From an uncultured virus (IMG/VR IMGVR_UViG_3300034082_004192) (taxonomy: Duplodnaviria > Heunggongvirae > Uroviricota > Caudoviricetes), in the IMG/VR virus record IMGVR_UViG_3300034082_004192, positions 1 through 64,000 of that record: a stretch of 64,000 bases of DNA; one strand, 5' to 3'. The position numbers and the translations under genes are program-made. This document shows positions 10,073 through 19,995 of this stretch, in pieces. The notes beneath the pieces are model-generated. The model saw only the letters and a program-made list of their open reading frames with translations. It ran no database searches and had not been told where the DNA came from. Position 1 is the first letter of the stretch, and each line of letters opens with the position of its first letter.

Positions 10073-11717
10073 CGTCGTATTCTTCTCTTTTAGATTCCAT
10101 GATGTAATCTAAACCAAGTTCATCAGCAAATTTCTTAAGATCATCATCTGAAAATTGATGACCAAAGCTATCTTCGTCTTCGTCATTCAATAAAGTTTCG
10201 ATATTAACAGTGATCTTCTTGTTTTGTCTTGTATCTTCTAGTTGTTTATCCATAGGAACATCAACTATATTTTTCTTTCTTGTTTCACCAAGAATTTGCT
10301 CTTGATTAAGTTCTTTTTTGGATGCAGTCTTATCTAACTGTTGAATAATGGATTCTTTTGGTTCAGCTTTGTCTTTGTTCAATTCATCTCTGTAATTGAT
10401 TGGATCTTTACCGTTGACATTCAATTGATCAGCATAAGATTCTTCCATTTCACCACGATGAGTATAAAGTCCATCAGAATCAAGTTGATCTTCTAGTACT
10501 TCATCAGTAACAGATTCTTGGTTATTCAATTTTCTCAATAAAGCTTCAAGGTATTCTGTGCCTTTTTGTTCTTTTCTAGGAAGTTGTGAGTCAATTGTTT
10601 TCAAAGAATCAGATTGAGCTTGTTTAGGGCGCATAACAGGCTTGTCGCCTTGTTGATGGCCATAACTGGATTGCTTGGCATCTGACAATTGTTTTTCCAT
10701 TGAATCATCGACATTTTGTTTGCCTCTGATTTTATTAGCGCCCCTATCAGAATTGTCAAATCTAGCTTCAAATCCAATTTCACCTTCAGTGAGTTTTTTG
10801 GATCTTTCGCCTTCCTTAAGTTCAAGAGCATTGGCTTCATTATCAGGATGCTTATGAACATCAAGTCTAGCCATAACTTCATCATGAGATTGGAAAGCAA
10901 CTTTAAGCCAATCTTGATATGCACAAGTTACAGTTCCATCTTTGCCAACTCTTGAGTCTATACAATTTTCTCTACACTTGGATATTTCCATAGGAATTGG
11001 AGCTTTGTATCCTTGCATTTTTCCTTTAGGACACAATAAATAAGGCTCATTGGCTTGTGTAAATAAAGTTGTATATGCAACTCTTCTATTTTCTTTTGGT
11101 GTGATTTCTGAATACCAATTGTGTAAATAGTTTGCAATTTTGACAGCTAAGTTTTTGTTTCCTGACAAAACAATTTTTCTAGCATTTGCAATTTTGCTAA
11201 GTCTAATTTCTGAAGAACAAAATGCTGTAAGTTTATCAAGTGTATTAATCGTTTCAATTTGCCAAAAACCTGATGACTTTTCACTATTCTTGTAAGCAAC
11301 TCTTTCCATTCTAGCTGCTTCATTATCTTTGTTCAAGAAATTTTGAATAGCCATATATGCATAACGGAGAGTATTTCTTTCTTCAGCAACTCTAATATTG
11401 TTTAAATTATTAAATGCCTGATGTAAATGATGATGTGCATCTTTTTTTGGAAGAGCTACTATCTTCATAATGTGCTCAGGACCACCCATATTTTTGAAGG
11501 CTGAAATTACTGGATCATCACCAAAATCATCCATTCCTAAAACGTGAAATGGAGAAGACATTGGCATAGAATCTCCATCTCCAAGACCTGATAAAGTATC
11601 TTGAAGCATACGAAGCAATCCATTACCACCAACTTCTGATTTTTTTTCTAAAATCTTTTCAATTTTTTCAGGATCGTGTGTCTCGTATGTAGCTTTGATT
11701 TTATATCCTTTGTCCAT
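10062..11717 (-). CDS. Hypothetical head-associated protein with Cys cluster and repeated ExQL motifs
   Basis: 551 aa; CPKGK..CRENC..CAY; about seven (E/D)xQL-type repeats. Confidence 0.6.
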   Translation of the reverse strand: MDKGYKIKATYETHDPEKIEKILEKKSEVGGNGLLRMLQDTLSGLGDGDSMPMSSPFHVLGMDDFGDDPVISAFKNMGGPEHIMKIVALPKKDAHHHLHQAFNNLNNIRVAEERNTLRYAYMAIQNFLNKDNEAARMERVAYKNSEKSSGFWQIETINTLDKLTAFCSSEIRLSKIANARKIVLSGNKNLAVKIANYLHNWYSEITPKENRRVAYTTLFTQANEPYLLCPKGKMQGYKAPIPMEISKCRENCIDSRVGKDGTVTCAYQDWLKVAFQSHDEVMARLDVHKHPDNEANALELKEGERSKKLTEGEIGFEARFDNSDRGANKIRGKQNVDDSMEKQLSDAKQSSYGHQQGDKPVMRPKQAQSDSLKTIDSQLPRKEQKGTEYLEALLRKLNNQESVTDEVLEDQLDSDGLYTHRGEMEESYADQLNVNGKDPINYRDELNKDKAEPKESIIQQLDKTASKKELNQEQILGETRKKNIVDVPMDKQLEDTRQNKKITVNIETLLNDEDEDSFGHQFSDDDLKKFADELGLDYIMESKREEYDDVV

Positions 11718-11719
11718 AA

Positions 11720-12709
11720 TTATTTACCCAATCCTAAGTTTGATAATTCTTCTTTATCAAAACCTCTATCCTGAAGTGCTGCCTTAATTTGTTTTAATTC
11801 TTCTGATACGCCTTTTTTATCTGCAGCATCTTTGAAATCACCTTGTTTGGTTGTTTTGGAGTAATCTTGTAAATCCATAAGAAAACAAGCTCTCATAATC
11901 AACTCAGGCGTAGATCTTTTTTCAAAATTTGGTTTTGCATTATAATCAAAAGCTGCAGTTTTTACTGAAGCATTCTTGTTACCTTTTTCTTCAGTATCAT
12001 TTATCTGCTCTATTGTTTCTTCAACATCTTTAGTTTCTTTCTCGACTTCTTCTTTTTTGTCAAGTAATCTTTCAAGATCCACAACATTGGCAGTTTTTTT
12101 AGATTTTTTTGGTTTTTCTTCTTTATCTTTGCCTTGCTCTAGTTTTTTGTTGTATTCTTTAACAATATCTACAGCACGTTCAATTGTCTCTTTATTCCAG
12201 TACTTGAGTTTTGAAATGTATCTAACAATATCGTTCTTTTCGACACCGTGATCAAGCAATTTACCCACTTTACCCATTAAAACACGGAATGGATTGCCTC
12301 TAGTTTTCTTTTTCTTTTTGACCTGTGCTGTTTTTGAATTGTTGTACACGTTTTTAGCCTCGGATAAATAAGTTTCTTCAATCTTATTCGCTATATCAGA
12401 ATAGCTTGGATCTAATTCTTGAGTAATTGGATCTTTAGTTCTTGTTCTACTATTATTTGACATAATTAGTGCTTTAGATAACTTATATAATTGATGTCTT
12501 AAGCTTTCATCTTGCACTCTGTCTGCTATGACAGTAACTTCATCTGAAAGTTCACCGTAGTTCTCATTAGCAGATTTGACCTTGTTCATCAACTGTCTCA
12601 TTTCATCTTTGGTTACACCTTCGGCATTTTCACCACTCAAGGGAATATTGTTAATCCCATTTGCAGGATTTGAAGCTAAAGGTGGTTCAATTTGAGACAG
12701 TTTATTCAT
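11720..12709 (-). CDS. Hypothetical head-associated protein
   Basis: 329 aa, KTAQ/KTAN/KTAA motifs, basic KKKKKTRGNPFRVLMGK segment. Confidence 0.6.
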   Translation of the reverse strand: MNKLSQIEPPLASNPANGINNIPLSGENAEGVTKDEMRQLMNKVKSANENYGELSDEVTVIADRVQDESLRHQLYKLSKALIMSNNSRTRTKDPITQELDPSYSDIANKIEETYLSEAKNVYNNSKTAQVKKKKKTRGNPFRVLMGKVGKLLDHGVEKNDIVRYISKLKYWNKETIERAVDIVKEYNKKLEQGKDKEEKPKKSKKTANVVDLERLLDKKEEVEKETKDVEETIEQINDTEEKGNKNASVKTAAFDYNAKPNFEKRSTPELIMRACFLMDLQDYSKTTKQGDFKDAADKKGVSEELKQIKAALQDRGFDKEELSNLGLGK

Positions 12710-13524
12710 TAATCTAAATCGTCAAAGTTTATGTCAATACTATTATAAATTTCATTAACAGTTTTAGCTCTATTTAGAGATTTACTGTTCATGTCATTTT
12801 GAATATTTTTCTTAATTGCTAATCTTTCATTTCTGATCTTTTCTTGATTTGCAATTCTCATTGATTCTCTAGAATCCAGAGCAGATGGATCTATCATTCC
12901 AAATGTAGAATTGAATTCATTGTCAGATGATGTTCTTAAGATTGAATGTGCTCTTGAGGAAACTACAGAAGATTGTCTCAAGTTATTTATTTGGCTTTCT
13001 TCCCAAGCTTTATGACGAGTTGCTTTAGCTTCTCTTACTCTTTGATTTTCAATAATCGATTGCTCGCTTGTAGAAGATTGAGAATTCAAGAATTCTTCAG
13101 AAATTGCAATCATATCAGGGTTGAAAATAGAAGCAGATCTTGACAACATTGCATTCATATATTCATCTGCTGAAAATGCTTTTAAACCACTAGTTGTAGT
13201 TCTTGCAGTCTCACCAGAATCAAATTGTGATCCAGCTCTTCTGATTGCACCAAAATCCTGTGATAAAATTCTTTCTTCCATAGAGGTTTCTCTTAAGTCT
13301 TGATAAGTAGATGGACCTTGAATTTTTTCCCAAGATTTATTGATATTATTTGCTTCTTTTGTAAAACCAATATTTTGTTTAGAGATTGACTGTCTGTTGG
13401 CCGTAGAATTTCTTTTTAACTCTGCATAAGGATCTTCTTCAACTTCAACTTGAGCGCCAATGAATCTCTTTTCCAAGAATGTTGGAATATTTTCGATTTC
13501 TGATACTTTTCTAAATCTGCTCAT
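12709..13524 (-). CDS. Hypothetical head-associated protein
   Basis: Start moved to ATG 13524 (MSRFRKVSE), which has SD CAGGA. Confidence 0.6.
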   Translation of the reverse strand: MSRFRKVSEIENIPTFLEKRFIGAQVEVEEDPYAELKRNSTANRQSISKQNIGFTKEANNINKSWEKIQGPSTYQDLRETSMEERILSQDFGAIRRAGSQFDSGETARTTTSGLKAFSADEYMNAMLSRSASIFNPDMIAISEEFLNSQSSTSEQSIIENQRVREAKATRHKAWEESQINNLRQSSVVSSRAHSILRTSSDNEFNSTFGMIDPSALDSRESMRIANQEKIRNERLAIKKNIQNDMNSKSLNRAKTVNEIYNSIDINFDDLD

Positions 13525-13555
13525 GTTTATTATCCTGTTGTTACTTTTCAAGAAT

Positions 13556-13579
13556 GTCCCAGGGCAAAAGCCCTGGGAC
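13556..13579. terminator. GC-rich hairpin, probable terminator or processing stem
   Basis: gtcccagggc-aaaa-gccctgggac. Confidence 0.65.
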
Positions 13580-13603
13580 TATTTTTCTTGAGGATTATTT
13601 TTA

Positions 13604-14674
13604 CTACTTGTCGTATTTCTTGGTGAAGAGTGCATCAATCCACTCTTGATCACCATAACCAAGTTCATTTTTCCAGTAATCAATAATTCTGGAATAGTCT
13701 GCATCTGAAAGGGTTGCAACTTTGATCATTGAAGAAGCTGCAGCAACCTTTACATTTGTTTCAAGGCCAGAAGCAAGAACATTCTTGATATCGGATAAAT
13801 TGTCAACTTCAGGTGTGGATGTTTCGCCTAATCTAGCATTTACATACTCAATTGGGAAACCTTCTGCTAAAGCCTTAGCAGCAAATGCTCTTCTTGCAGC
13901 AGATGAGAATGCTTTAACTTCCTTCATTTCTGAATCCTTTCCGCATTCACATTTTTTGCCAGCATAAACTCCGCCACATTTTTCACATTCTTTGTCCATA
14001 GCTGCTTCTTTCTTTTCTTCCATCTTTTCAGCAACTCTTTGAACCAAGGATTCTCTGTAAGCTTTTCTTTGTGCAAGCTTTACATTTGCCTCTTGTTGTG
14101 CTTGTACTTGGCGCTCGATTTTGCCAGCTAATCTGACTCTTCTATCATGACGAGCAGCAAGGATAGCATTCTTGAGATCTTCATCACCAGCAGCTACAGC
14201 AGCTTCTACTGCTTCAGCTGATAATTGTGATGCATGGTTGAAGTGAAAAGCCTTCTTTTCAGCTTTAGACTTAGGACCTTTTCTCTTCATAGGACCTTTG
14301 TCAGCTTTTTCTTCATCATCATGACCTTCGTCTTCATCTTCATCTTCAGAATCTTCAGACTTCTTCTTGCCCTTGCCATTCTCTTCCATCCACTTTCTCA
14401 AGCCTTCTGGAAGACCTTTCTTGGCTTCTTTGCCCATACCTGATTTGTGATCCATCCCAGATTCAGCGTCATGATCATCGTGATCTTCGCCTTGTAATCT
14501 ATCGACTTCTTCATCACCAATAGCGTCGATAAGAGCTTTGAGACCCTTGTTCTCTTTAGGCTCTTTGGCTTCAGCTAATCTTTGATTAAAGTTGTCCCAA
14601 TCAATTCCTTGGAAAACCAAGTCAGAATCAAGAGGATCTTCTTGAAATCTGTTTGGGAAAATTCTATCTGCCAT
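13604..14674 (-). CDS. Charged, scaffold-like/internal head protein
   Basis: 356 aa K/E/D-rich, strong SD GAGGAG, own late-type promoter. Confidence 0.55.
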   Translation of the reverse strand: MADRIFPNRFQEDPLDSDLVFQGIDWDNFNQRLAEAKEPKENKGLKALIDAIGDEEVDRLQGEDHDDHDAESGMDHKSGMGKEAKKGLPEGLRKWMEENGKGKKKSEDSEDEDEDEGHDDEEKADKGPMKRKGPKSKAEKKAFHFNHASQLSAEAVEAAVAAGDEDLKNAILAARHDRRVRLAGKIERQVQAQQEANVKLAQRKAYRESLVQRVAEKMEEKKEAAMDKECEKCGGVYAGKKCECGKDSEMKEVKAFSSAARRAFAAKALAEGFPIEYVNARLGETSTPEVDNLSDIKNVLASGLETNVKVAAASSMIKVATLSDADYSRIIDYWKNELGYGDQEWIDALFTKKYDK

Positions 14675-14714
14675 AATTAATTTTTCTCCTCAAGAAAAAA
14701 TACATTAAGAAAAT

Positions 14715-14740
14715 TTCTAAATTTAATGCTCAAATTCCTT
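14715..14740 (-). promoter_or_regulatory. Putative late promoter AAGG-N18-AGAA
   Basis: AAGG aatttgagcattaaattt AGAA. Confidence 0.65.
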
Positions 14741-14752
14741 TAATGCATCTAT

Positions 14753-15133
14753 TTATGTTTTTTTACTCAAAATTAGTTTCTTGCCCTTCAAGAGCAATTT
14801 GTCTCCAATACCAATCTTTAGTTTTTTAAACAAGCCTTTATTTGCTTCTACAATAAATACAACGTTGTTAGAATCTGGAGAAACAGATTTTGGATCATCT
14901 GCTTCCATATCTTTAAAGTCCACAATCTTATGATTTTTGTCTAAAAAAGCTAAAGAAAGTGGAAATGACACATTCTTATTCCAAAAAGAATAACAATCAG
15001 GATAATCAAAAGTAAAATAAACTACTTCATATTCTCCCAAAGGTTCTGCATGCATCAATCCTTTACTTCGTAATTTATCAGTATCTGCTACAAACCTAAC
15101 ATCGAATTCATCACGGAATTCTTCATTAGTGAG
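14753..15133 (-). CDS. DUF192-family domain lacking its own full-length start
   Basis: VADTDKLRSKGLMH..F..SFWNKNVSFPLSLAFLD..VEANKG..IGIGD; the conserved ADT..R.KGLM part lies upstream of the tracked start, in frame with the preceding gene's TGA. Confidence 0.75.
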   Translation of the reverse strand, partial: LTNEEFRDEFDVRFVADTDKLRSKGLMHAEPLGEYEVVYFTFDYPDCYSFWNKNVSFPLSLAFLDKNHKIVDFKDMEADDPKSVSPDSNNVVFIVEANKGLFKKLKIGIGDKLLLKGKKLILSKKT

Positions 15134-15625
15134 TCATGAACCAACTTTTTTAAATTTATTTGAAGATGCTTTCACACTTCTTGCGTCTTCAAGATCAAAT
15201 CTATCTTTGGTTCTTTGCTTTCTAAATTCATTAACATTATCTATGCTCAAATAATGATCACGTAATGCTAATCTTGCTCTTTCAGTCAATTCTACAGATC
15301 TACCATAACCTGTAAGTAATCCAGCAGTTTTCATAGCTAAAAGATCATTATCAGAAATTTCAGTAGGAACTCCACATACTTTGCTGTCTTTGTGTAAAGC
15401 AACATAGCTAGCAGCAGTAACTAAAGCATCTGTATTTGCATCAATTGACTTAAGCATTTCCAAATATTTTTCACTTAATTTAGCTGCTTCTGCTTTTTTA
15501 GGAGCTTGTGAAACACCAAGAAGTTGAATTTGAATATCAGAAAGTCCAAGACCTTCCATTGATGGTCCGTCAAATAATTCTGCATGCAAATCTAAAGAGT
15601 GTACTGGCTTAATTGGTATAGGCAT
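15134..15625 (-). CDS. Hypothetical protein, possible winged-helix fold
   Basis: 163 aa; LLAMKTAGLL..VELTERAR; SD AAGGA. Confidence 0.55.
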   Translation of the reverse strand: MPIPIKPVHSLDLHAELFDGPSMEGLGLSDIQIQLLGVSQAPKKAEAAKLSEKYLEMLKSIDANTDALVTAASYVALHKDSKVCGVPTEISDNDLLAMKTAGLLTGYGRSVELTERARLALRDHYLSIDNVNEFRKQRTKDRFDLEDARSVKASSNKFKKVGS

Positions 15626-15639
15626 AATTTTTTATTCCT

Positions 15640-16098
15640 TTATCTAATTGGTAATCTATTTTTCCAACCATTTCCTTCATCAACATTTTTCTGATAGGTT
15701 TCTTCCCAAGAAAATTTATCGCACAAATCAGCTCCGCTATGAATTGCCATAGATGGGCTTGATGCTGGATTACCTGGGTCTACATAAGCAGGACCAGGAA
15801 CATTATCAGGACCATGTAATTGTCCTTCTATATTTGCACCATCAGCTTCTCCACCCAAATCCATATATTCTTTTGGAACTTTTCTAGGATTTATTTTTTG
15901 TCTCCAATAGTCATTTTGTTTTGTTTCTTCTTCTATTTCCTCATATGGAACCAAAGAAACATTTGGAGATTGAGTTATTGATTGCTGTGGATAATATTGT
16001 GCAATTTTTTCAAACAACTTATCTGACTTTAAGTATTCGCCAGATTTATCCAATCTTGAACATATTTTTATAATTGTTTGAATTGATTTAGCATTCAT
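15640..16098 (-). CDS. Hypothetical protein with LDxxG...D.L..KIAQ leader
   Basis: MNAKSIQTIIKICSRLDKSGEYLKSDKLFEKIAQ. Confidence 0.6.
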   Translation of the reverse strand: MNAKSIQTIIKICSRLDKSGEYLKSDKLFEKIAQYYPQQSITQSPNVSLVPYEEIEEETKQNDYWRQKINPRKVPKEYMDLGGEADGANIEGQLHGPDNVPGPAYVDPGNPASSPSMAIHSGADLCDKFSWEETYQKNVDEGNGWKNRLPIR

Positions 16099-16110
16099 GA
16101 TTTTGAACCT

Positions 16111-17103
16111 TTAAAGACTATGACCCGATATCCCGTAGAATGCAGATCCTGGATACGATTCTTCAACGCCTTTAGGTTCTTTGTTTGAAGGATCGATAAA
16201 ATCTAAATAATTTGTATCTTTTTTCTTTGGATTCAATTGCTGTTCAAAAGAAACGAAAGGATCAATATCTTTTGTTGCTTCTGATTTAGGGGCAATATCT
16301 TTTGGCGCATATATATTTGGTTTTGTATCAGGATCAGGGTAAGACAATAAAGTGTCTTTCAAGCCATACTCTTGGAATCCATCTTCATTTGGAGTTTTTT
16401 CAATCATCAAATGATTTATATAATCATTGAAATCTTCACCGTGAGTTAGGATGGGAGTTTTTCCAATTGGAACATAACTAAATTGATTTTCATCAAATTC
16501 ATTTCGTTCTTCAGGATATTCTTTTGTCATCCTGTTTCTTCTTGCAATTTCATAGTCTTCTGCAATACGATTTATTGACTTATCTGAAATGGCAAAATGT
16601 AATCTTTCTGGCTTATCTGGATCTTTGTATTCTTCTCTTGGATATTTGAAATCTTTATTGTATTTATGACGATCTTCTAAGGATTGCTCCATAGTCATCA
16701 TATGCTCTTTTTTTGGCTGATAATGATCTCGTATATATGCTGGACTATTTTTCATTAAGTCGCTTGCTGCATTTTCTAAAGATTTTTTGTAATTATGTAA
16801 TTGAGCTCTAAATTTAGCTCTTAATCTTTCCTCAGGAGTAAGTTCGTAAGGAATTAATTCTTCATAATTTTTATGTTGTGGAGTCAATCTTGACTCTATA
16901 TTGACATCTCTTGTATCAGGTTCAATATGGGTACGTCTTAACAATTTATCGAAGCTTGAATCTTCGTCTACGTATAAATTGATTTCATGTCCACCTCGGT
17001 TTCCACCACCACGACCGATAGGACTACCACCAGGCTGAAATGGAGCTCCATTCCCTCCACCGCCTACACCACCAAATTGAGCTGTTCTGATATTGTTAGA
17101 CAT
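16111..17103 (-). CDS. Hypothetical head-associated protein
   Basis: MSNNIRTAQ then Gly-rich; ExQL-like motifs. Confidence 0.6.
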   Translation of the reverse strand: MSNNIRTAQFGGVGGGGNGAPFQPGGSPIGRGGGNRGGHEINLYVDEDSSFDKLLRRTHIEPDTRDVNIESRLTPQHKNYEELIPYELTPEERLRAKFRAQLHNYKKSLENAASDLMKNSPAYIRDHYQPKKEHMMTMEQSLEDRHKYNKDFKYPREEYKDPDKPERLHFAISDKSINRIAEDYEIARRNRMTKEYPEERNEFDENQFSYVPIGKTPILTHGEDFNDYINHLMIEKTPNEDGFQEYGLKDTLLSYPDPDTKPNIYAPKDIAPKSEATKDIDPFVSFEQQLNPKKKDTNYLDFIDPSNKEPKGVEESYPGSAFYGISGHSL

Positions 17104-17112
17104 AATGAATTG

Positions 17113-17138
17113 TTCTTATAAATAAAAATAATTACCTT
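17113..17138 (-). promoter_or_regulatory. Putative late promoter AAGG-N18-AGAA, 9 nt before ATG
   Basis: AAGG taattatttttatttata AGAA caattcatt ATG; no SD. Confidence 0.65.
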
Positions 17139-19249
17139 TATCTTCTATTTAAATTGACCATTTTTGATCTTGGCAATCTAATCATAATTTTAGATGTTAA
17201 GCATTCAAATGCTACAGCAGCGACTGCATCACAAATATCATCTTTATATCCAGAAAGTGCCTCAATGTAATATCTTTTGCCTTTCCATTTTTTCTGCAAA
17301 AATAAAAATTGAATTTTTGCTTCTTGTATTTCATTTAAAGATATAAGCCTATTATCTAAATCTCTATATTCTCCACCAGGCAAATCATAAATATCAATTC
17401 GGTCATCACGGATTAATTGTGATAATTCAGTGTAAATTTTTTCCTTGTATTCTTTATTAAATTGGCGCTCTACAATTGGGACTCTTCTTGATTGCAATTT
17501 AATTAATGATGATTGAGAATTCCATTGATCAATAGAAACTTGCTTGAATTTGAATTTATGATGTAAATCGATTACATAATCTTCAACTTCGCTTTCTTTT
17601 ACAGGTTGATTTTTAGTTTTAGGATTCCAAAAATGTACATGATCAATCACAACTCTTTTGAGTGGTTGAAAATCAGGCCCAATTTGACCATACATATTTT
17701 CAGTATGAGCAATTACAAGAGCGTAGTAGTCTGACGTTCTGGCAGGGTCTAAGTGGCAAAAATATTCAAAATGTCCCTCTGCCATTTCTTTTCTTTTGAC
17801 CATAGACATTGAAGCGAACATTCTGTCTATATCTTCAGAATTAAACATAGGGTCAGAGGATGAAGCACCAAATTCAGCTCCATACTGCATCTGAAATTCT
17901 TGAGGATCTTTCTTCTTTTGCCCATCCAACCATTCTTTGTCAATGTTTGGATTTGTAAGCCAAGTAGGAAGTCTCATCACAAGAGTTGTTGGATCTTCTT
18001 GTCTATTTTCGTGAAGATCATATAACAACCCAAGAGGACCTTTAGGGTTGGAAAGAAGCATCATTTTGCCATCTTTACCAAATGTAGCAAGAGATGGCTT
18101 TAAGTCATCATAAAGAGCGTAGTCAACACCAGATTCAGGATTATCTCCAGCCATAGCAGCAACTTCGTCCATAATAATTGCCCAACAAGTTAAACCAACA
18201 AGACCTGAAGCATTACTACTACCACATCGCAATACCAAAGAACCCGCAAAAAGATTGATATTTTGCTCTTTTCTTCTTACATTCTCTTCTCTATCATGTT
18301 CTGTATAAAATCGCATTTCAAGCTCTGTATCTTTGCCAATATAAGGAGCAAAGAATGGAGAAGCTAGAACTGTTTGTTTGATTTTTGAGAAGATTGCTTT
18401 TTTAGCCTGTTCTTCATTACGAGCAACATTGAGAAGAACAACTTCATCAAATTCCATCAAGCCATATCTAGCTTGAGGGTGACCCATAGAAATCAATCTA
18501 TATAATTCATAAAGAGCCATAGCAGACACAAGGAATGACTTACCCGAACGTCTGCCAAGCACTAAAACTAATTCTTCAAATTTATATCTTTTTTTGCATT
18601 TTTCTTGAACTTGCATCCTTAATTTTGGGTCAAATTCTTCGGAATAAAGTAAGTCGAATTCACTTTGAAAAGCATCAATTATTGGTCTTGCTTCTAATAC
18701 CTCAACTTGTCTTTCAGCATCTGGGTTAGTTGCTTCATCTTTTGCAAATTTATATCTTTCATCTCTAACTTCATTTTTAAGACGCTTACATTGAAGACAA
18801 GGTGAATTGACGACATTGAAAATTGTTTTGAATTGTCTTTTTTCTGCACGGGCTTTTAAAAATTCATTTTCGTTCTTTTGGATATAATCCCAAACACATC
18901 CTTTGCAATCTTCTTGATTGTCAGATTCATTTATTACAAGGTTAGTATTGCCTTCTTGCCCCATATAAAAACATTTAAGTATAAGTTTTTGCCAAGGATA
19001 AGGTCTTAGATTACAAAAATATGGATGTTCAATAAATGTAATAATGTCTACAATTTGGTCAGGGTTAAATCTGTCTTTAGGAGGTTTGACTGGAGGTGCT
19101 ACTTCTTGTCTTGTAGCAGGAGCAATTTCATCTACAAAATCTTCGGCATATTCCGTGCCTTTGAATAATTCTGTAACTGAATTTGCTTGCTGTAATAATT
19201 GACTTCGTAATTCGTTTGAAGATTTAACGACTGGAGTTGGCTTTCTCAT
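17138..19249 (-). CDS. terL: Terminase large subunit
   Basis: YPWQ, Walker A LGRRSGKS, ARNEEQAK, Walker B IIMDEVA, LLSNP, nuclease HLDPA..D, DQWNS, KDDICDA. Confidence 0.93.
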   Translation of the reverse strand: MRKPTPVVKSSNELRSQLLQQANSVTELFKGTEYAEDFVDEIAPATRQEVAPPVKPPKDRFNPDQIVDIITFIEHPYFCNLRPYPWQKLILKCFYMGQEGNTNLVINESDNQEDCKGCVWDYIQKNENEFLKARAEKRQFKTIFNVVNSPCLQCKRLKNEVRDERYKFAKDEATNPDAERQVEVLEARPIIDAFQSEFDLLYSEEFDPKLRMQVQEKCKKRYKFEELVLVLGRRSGKSFLVSAMALYELYRLISMGHPQARYGLMEFDEVVLLNVARNEEQAKKAIFSKIKQTVLASPFFAPYIGKDTELEMRFYTEHDREENVRRKEQNINLFAGSLVLRCGSSNASGLVGLTCWAIIMDEVAAMAGDNPESGVDYALYDDLKPSLATFGKDGKMMLLSNPKGPLGLLYDLHENRQEDPTTLVMRLPTWLTNPNIDKEWLDGQKKKDPQEFQMQYGAEFGASSSDPMFNSEDIDRMFASMSMVKRKEMAEGHFEYFCHLDPARTSDYYALVIAHTENMYGQIGPDFQPLKRVVIDHVHFWNPKTKNQPVKESEVEDYVIDLHHKFKFKQVSIDQWNSQSSLIKLQSRRVPIVERQFNKEYKEKIYTELSQLIRDDRIDIYDLPGGEYRDLDNRLISLNEIQEAKIQFLFLQKKWKGKRYYIEALSGYKDDICDAVAAVAFECLTSKIMIRLPRSKMVNLNRR

Positions 19250-19929
19250 TAATTATCTTGTTGGATCTTATTTCTCAAAGCTACAATTTCTTCTCTGATA
19301 ATTCTTTTATCTGCTTCACTTTCCATTTTTTCGTGAAGATTAGCTAAAATTTCAAATATATTGATGTCAAAGATTCCACGATTATCTCTCGAGTCTTTGA
19401 CATTGAGAATTTTAGAAATTAATTTCTCAACCATAGCTGCTCTTTTAAGTTTCATGTCATTATTTTTAGAGCAGTCAATGCCACGAACATCATCAAGTTC
19501 TACAAGTAAAGCAGTAAGGGCTAATTGATGTTCACGAAAAATCCATGGAGCGATAAGTTCTTCTCTTTGTTCGTAGTTCTTAAGACCAGAAGTTGAGATT
19601 TTTTTGAAATCACAGTGTTGTTCCATATGAGTATTAATTTGCATCCAGTTCATCTGTGCATCAAAATACTGATGGAAAAATCTAATTACCGATTGATTTT
19701 TTCTTCCACTGTCTAAATATACGTGTTCTACTAAATCTCTAAATGGTGAAGTACAAATCGCACATCTAGGTTCTATGAATTGAGGATAAGATATATCACT
19801 CATATTGTCAGGAGGAAGAGGCATTAATGGCTTATCGCCTTCTTTCAAATCCCTGAACATTCTCGATGGTTTCTTGGGTCCTTCATCAGGAACAATAAGA
19901 GCATCTACAGTTTCTTTTTTCGATTCCAT
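19249..19929 (-). CDS. Probable terminase small subunit (Zn-binding)
   Basis: Overlaps the terL start; CAIC...HMEQH, helical C-terminus. Confidence 0.55.
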   Translation of the reverse strand: MESKKETVDALIVPDEGPKKPSRMFRDLKEGDKPLMPLPPDNMSDISYPQFIEPRCAICTSPFRDLVEHVYLDSGRKNQSVIRFFHQYFDAQMNWMQINTHMEQHCDFKKISTSGLKNYEQREELIAPWIFREHQLALTALLVELDDVRGIDCSKNNDMKLKRAAMVEKLISKILNVKDSRDNRGIFDINIFEILANLHEKMESEADKRIIREEIVALRNKIQQDN

Positions 19930-19948
19930 TTCTTTAGTTATACAAGCA

Positions 19949-19976
19949 AAACAAGCCGCATAAATGCGGCTTGTTT
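19949..19976 (-). terminator. Intrinsic terminator
   Basis: aaacaagccgca-taaa-tgcggcttgttt. Confidence 0.75.
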
Positions 19977-19995
19977 CTTTCTGTTAGGATATAAA

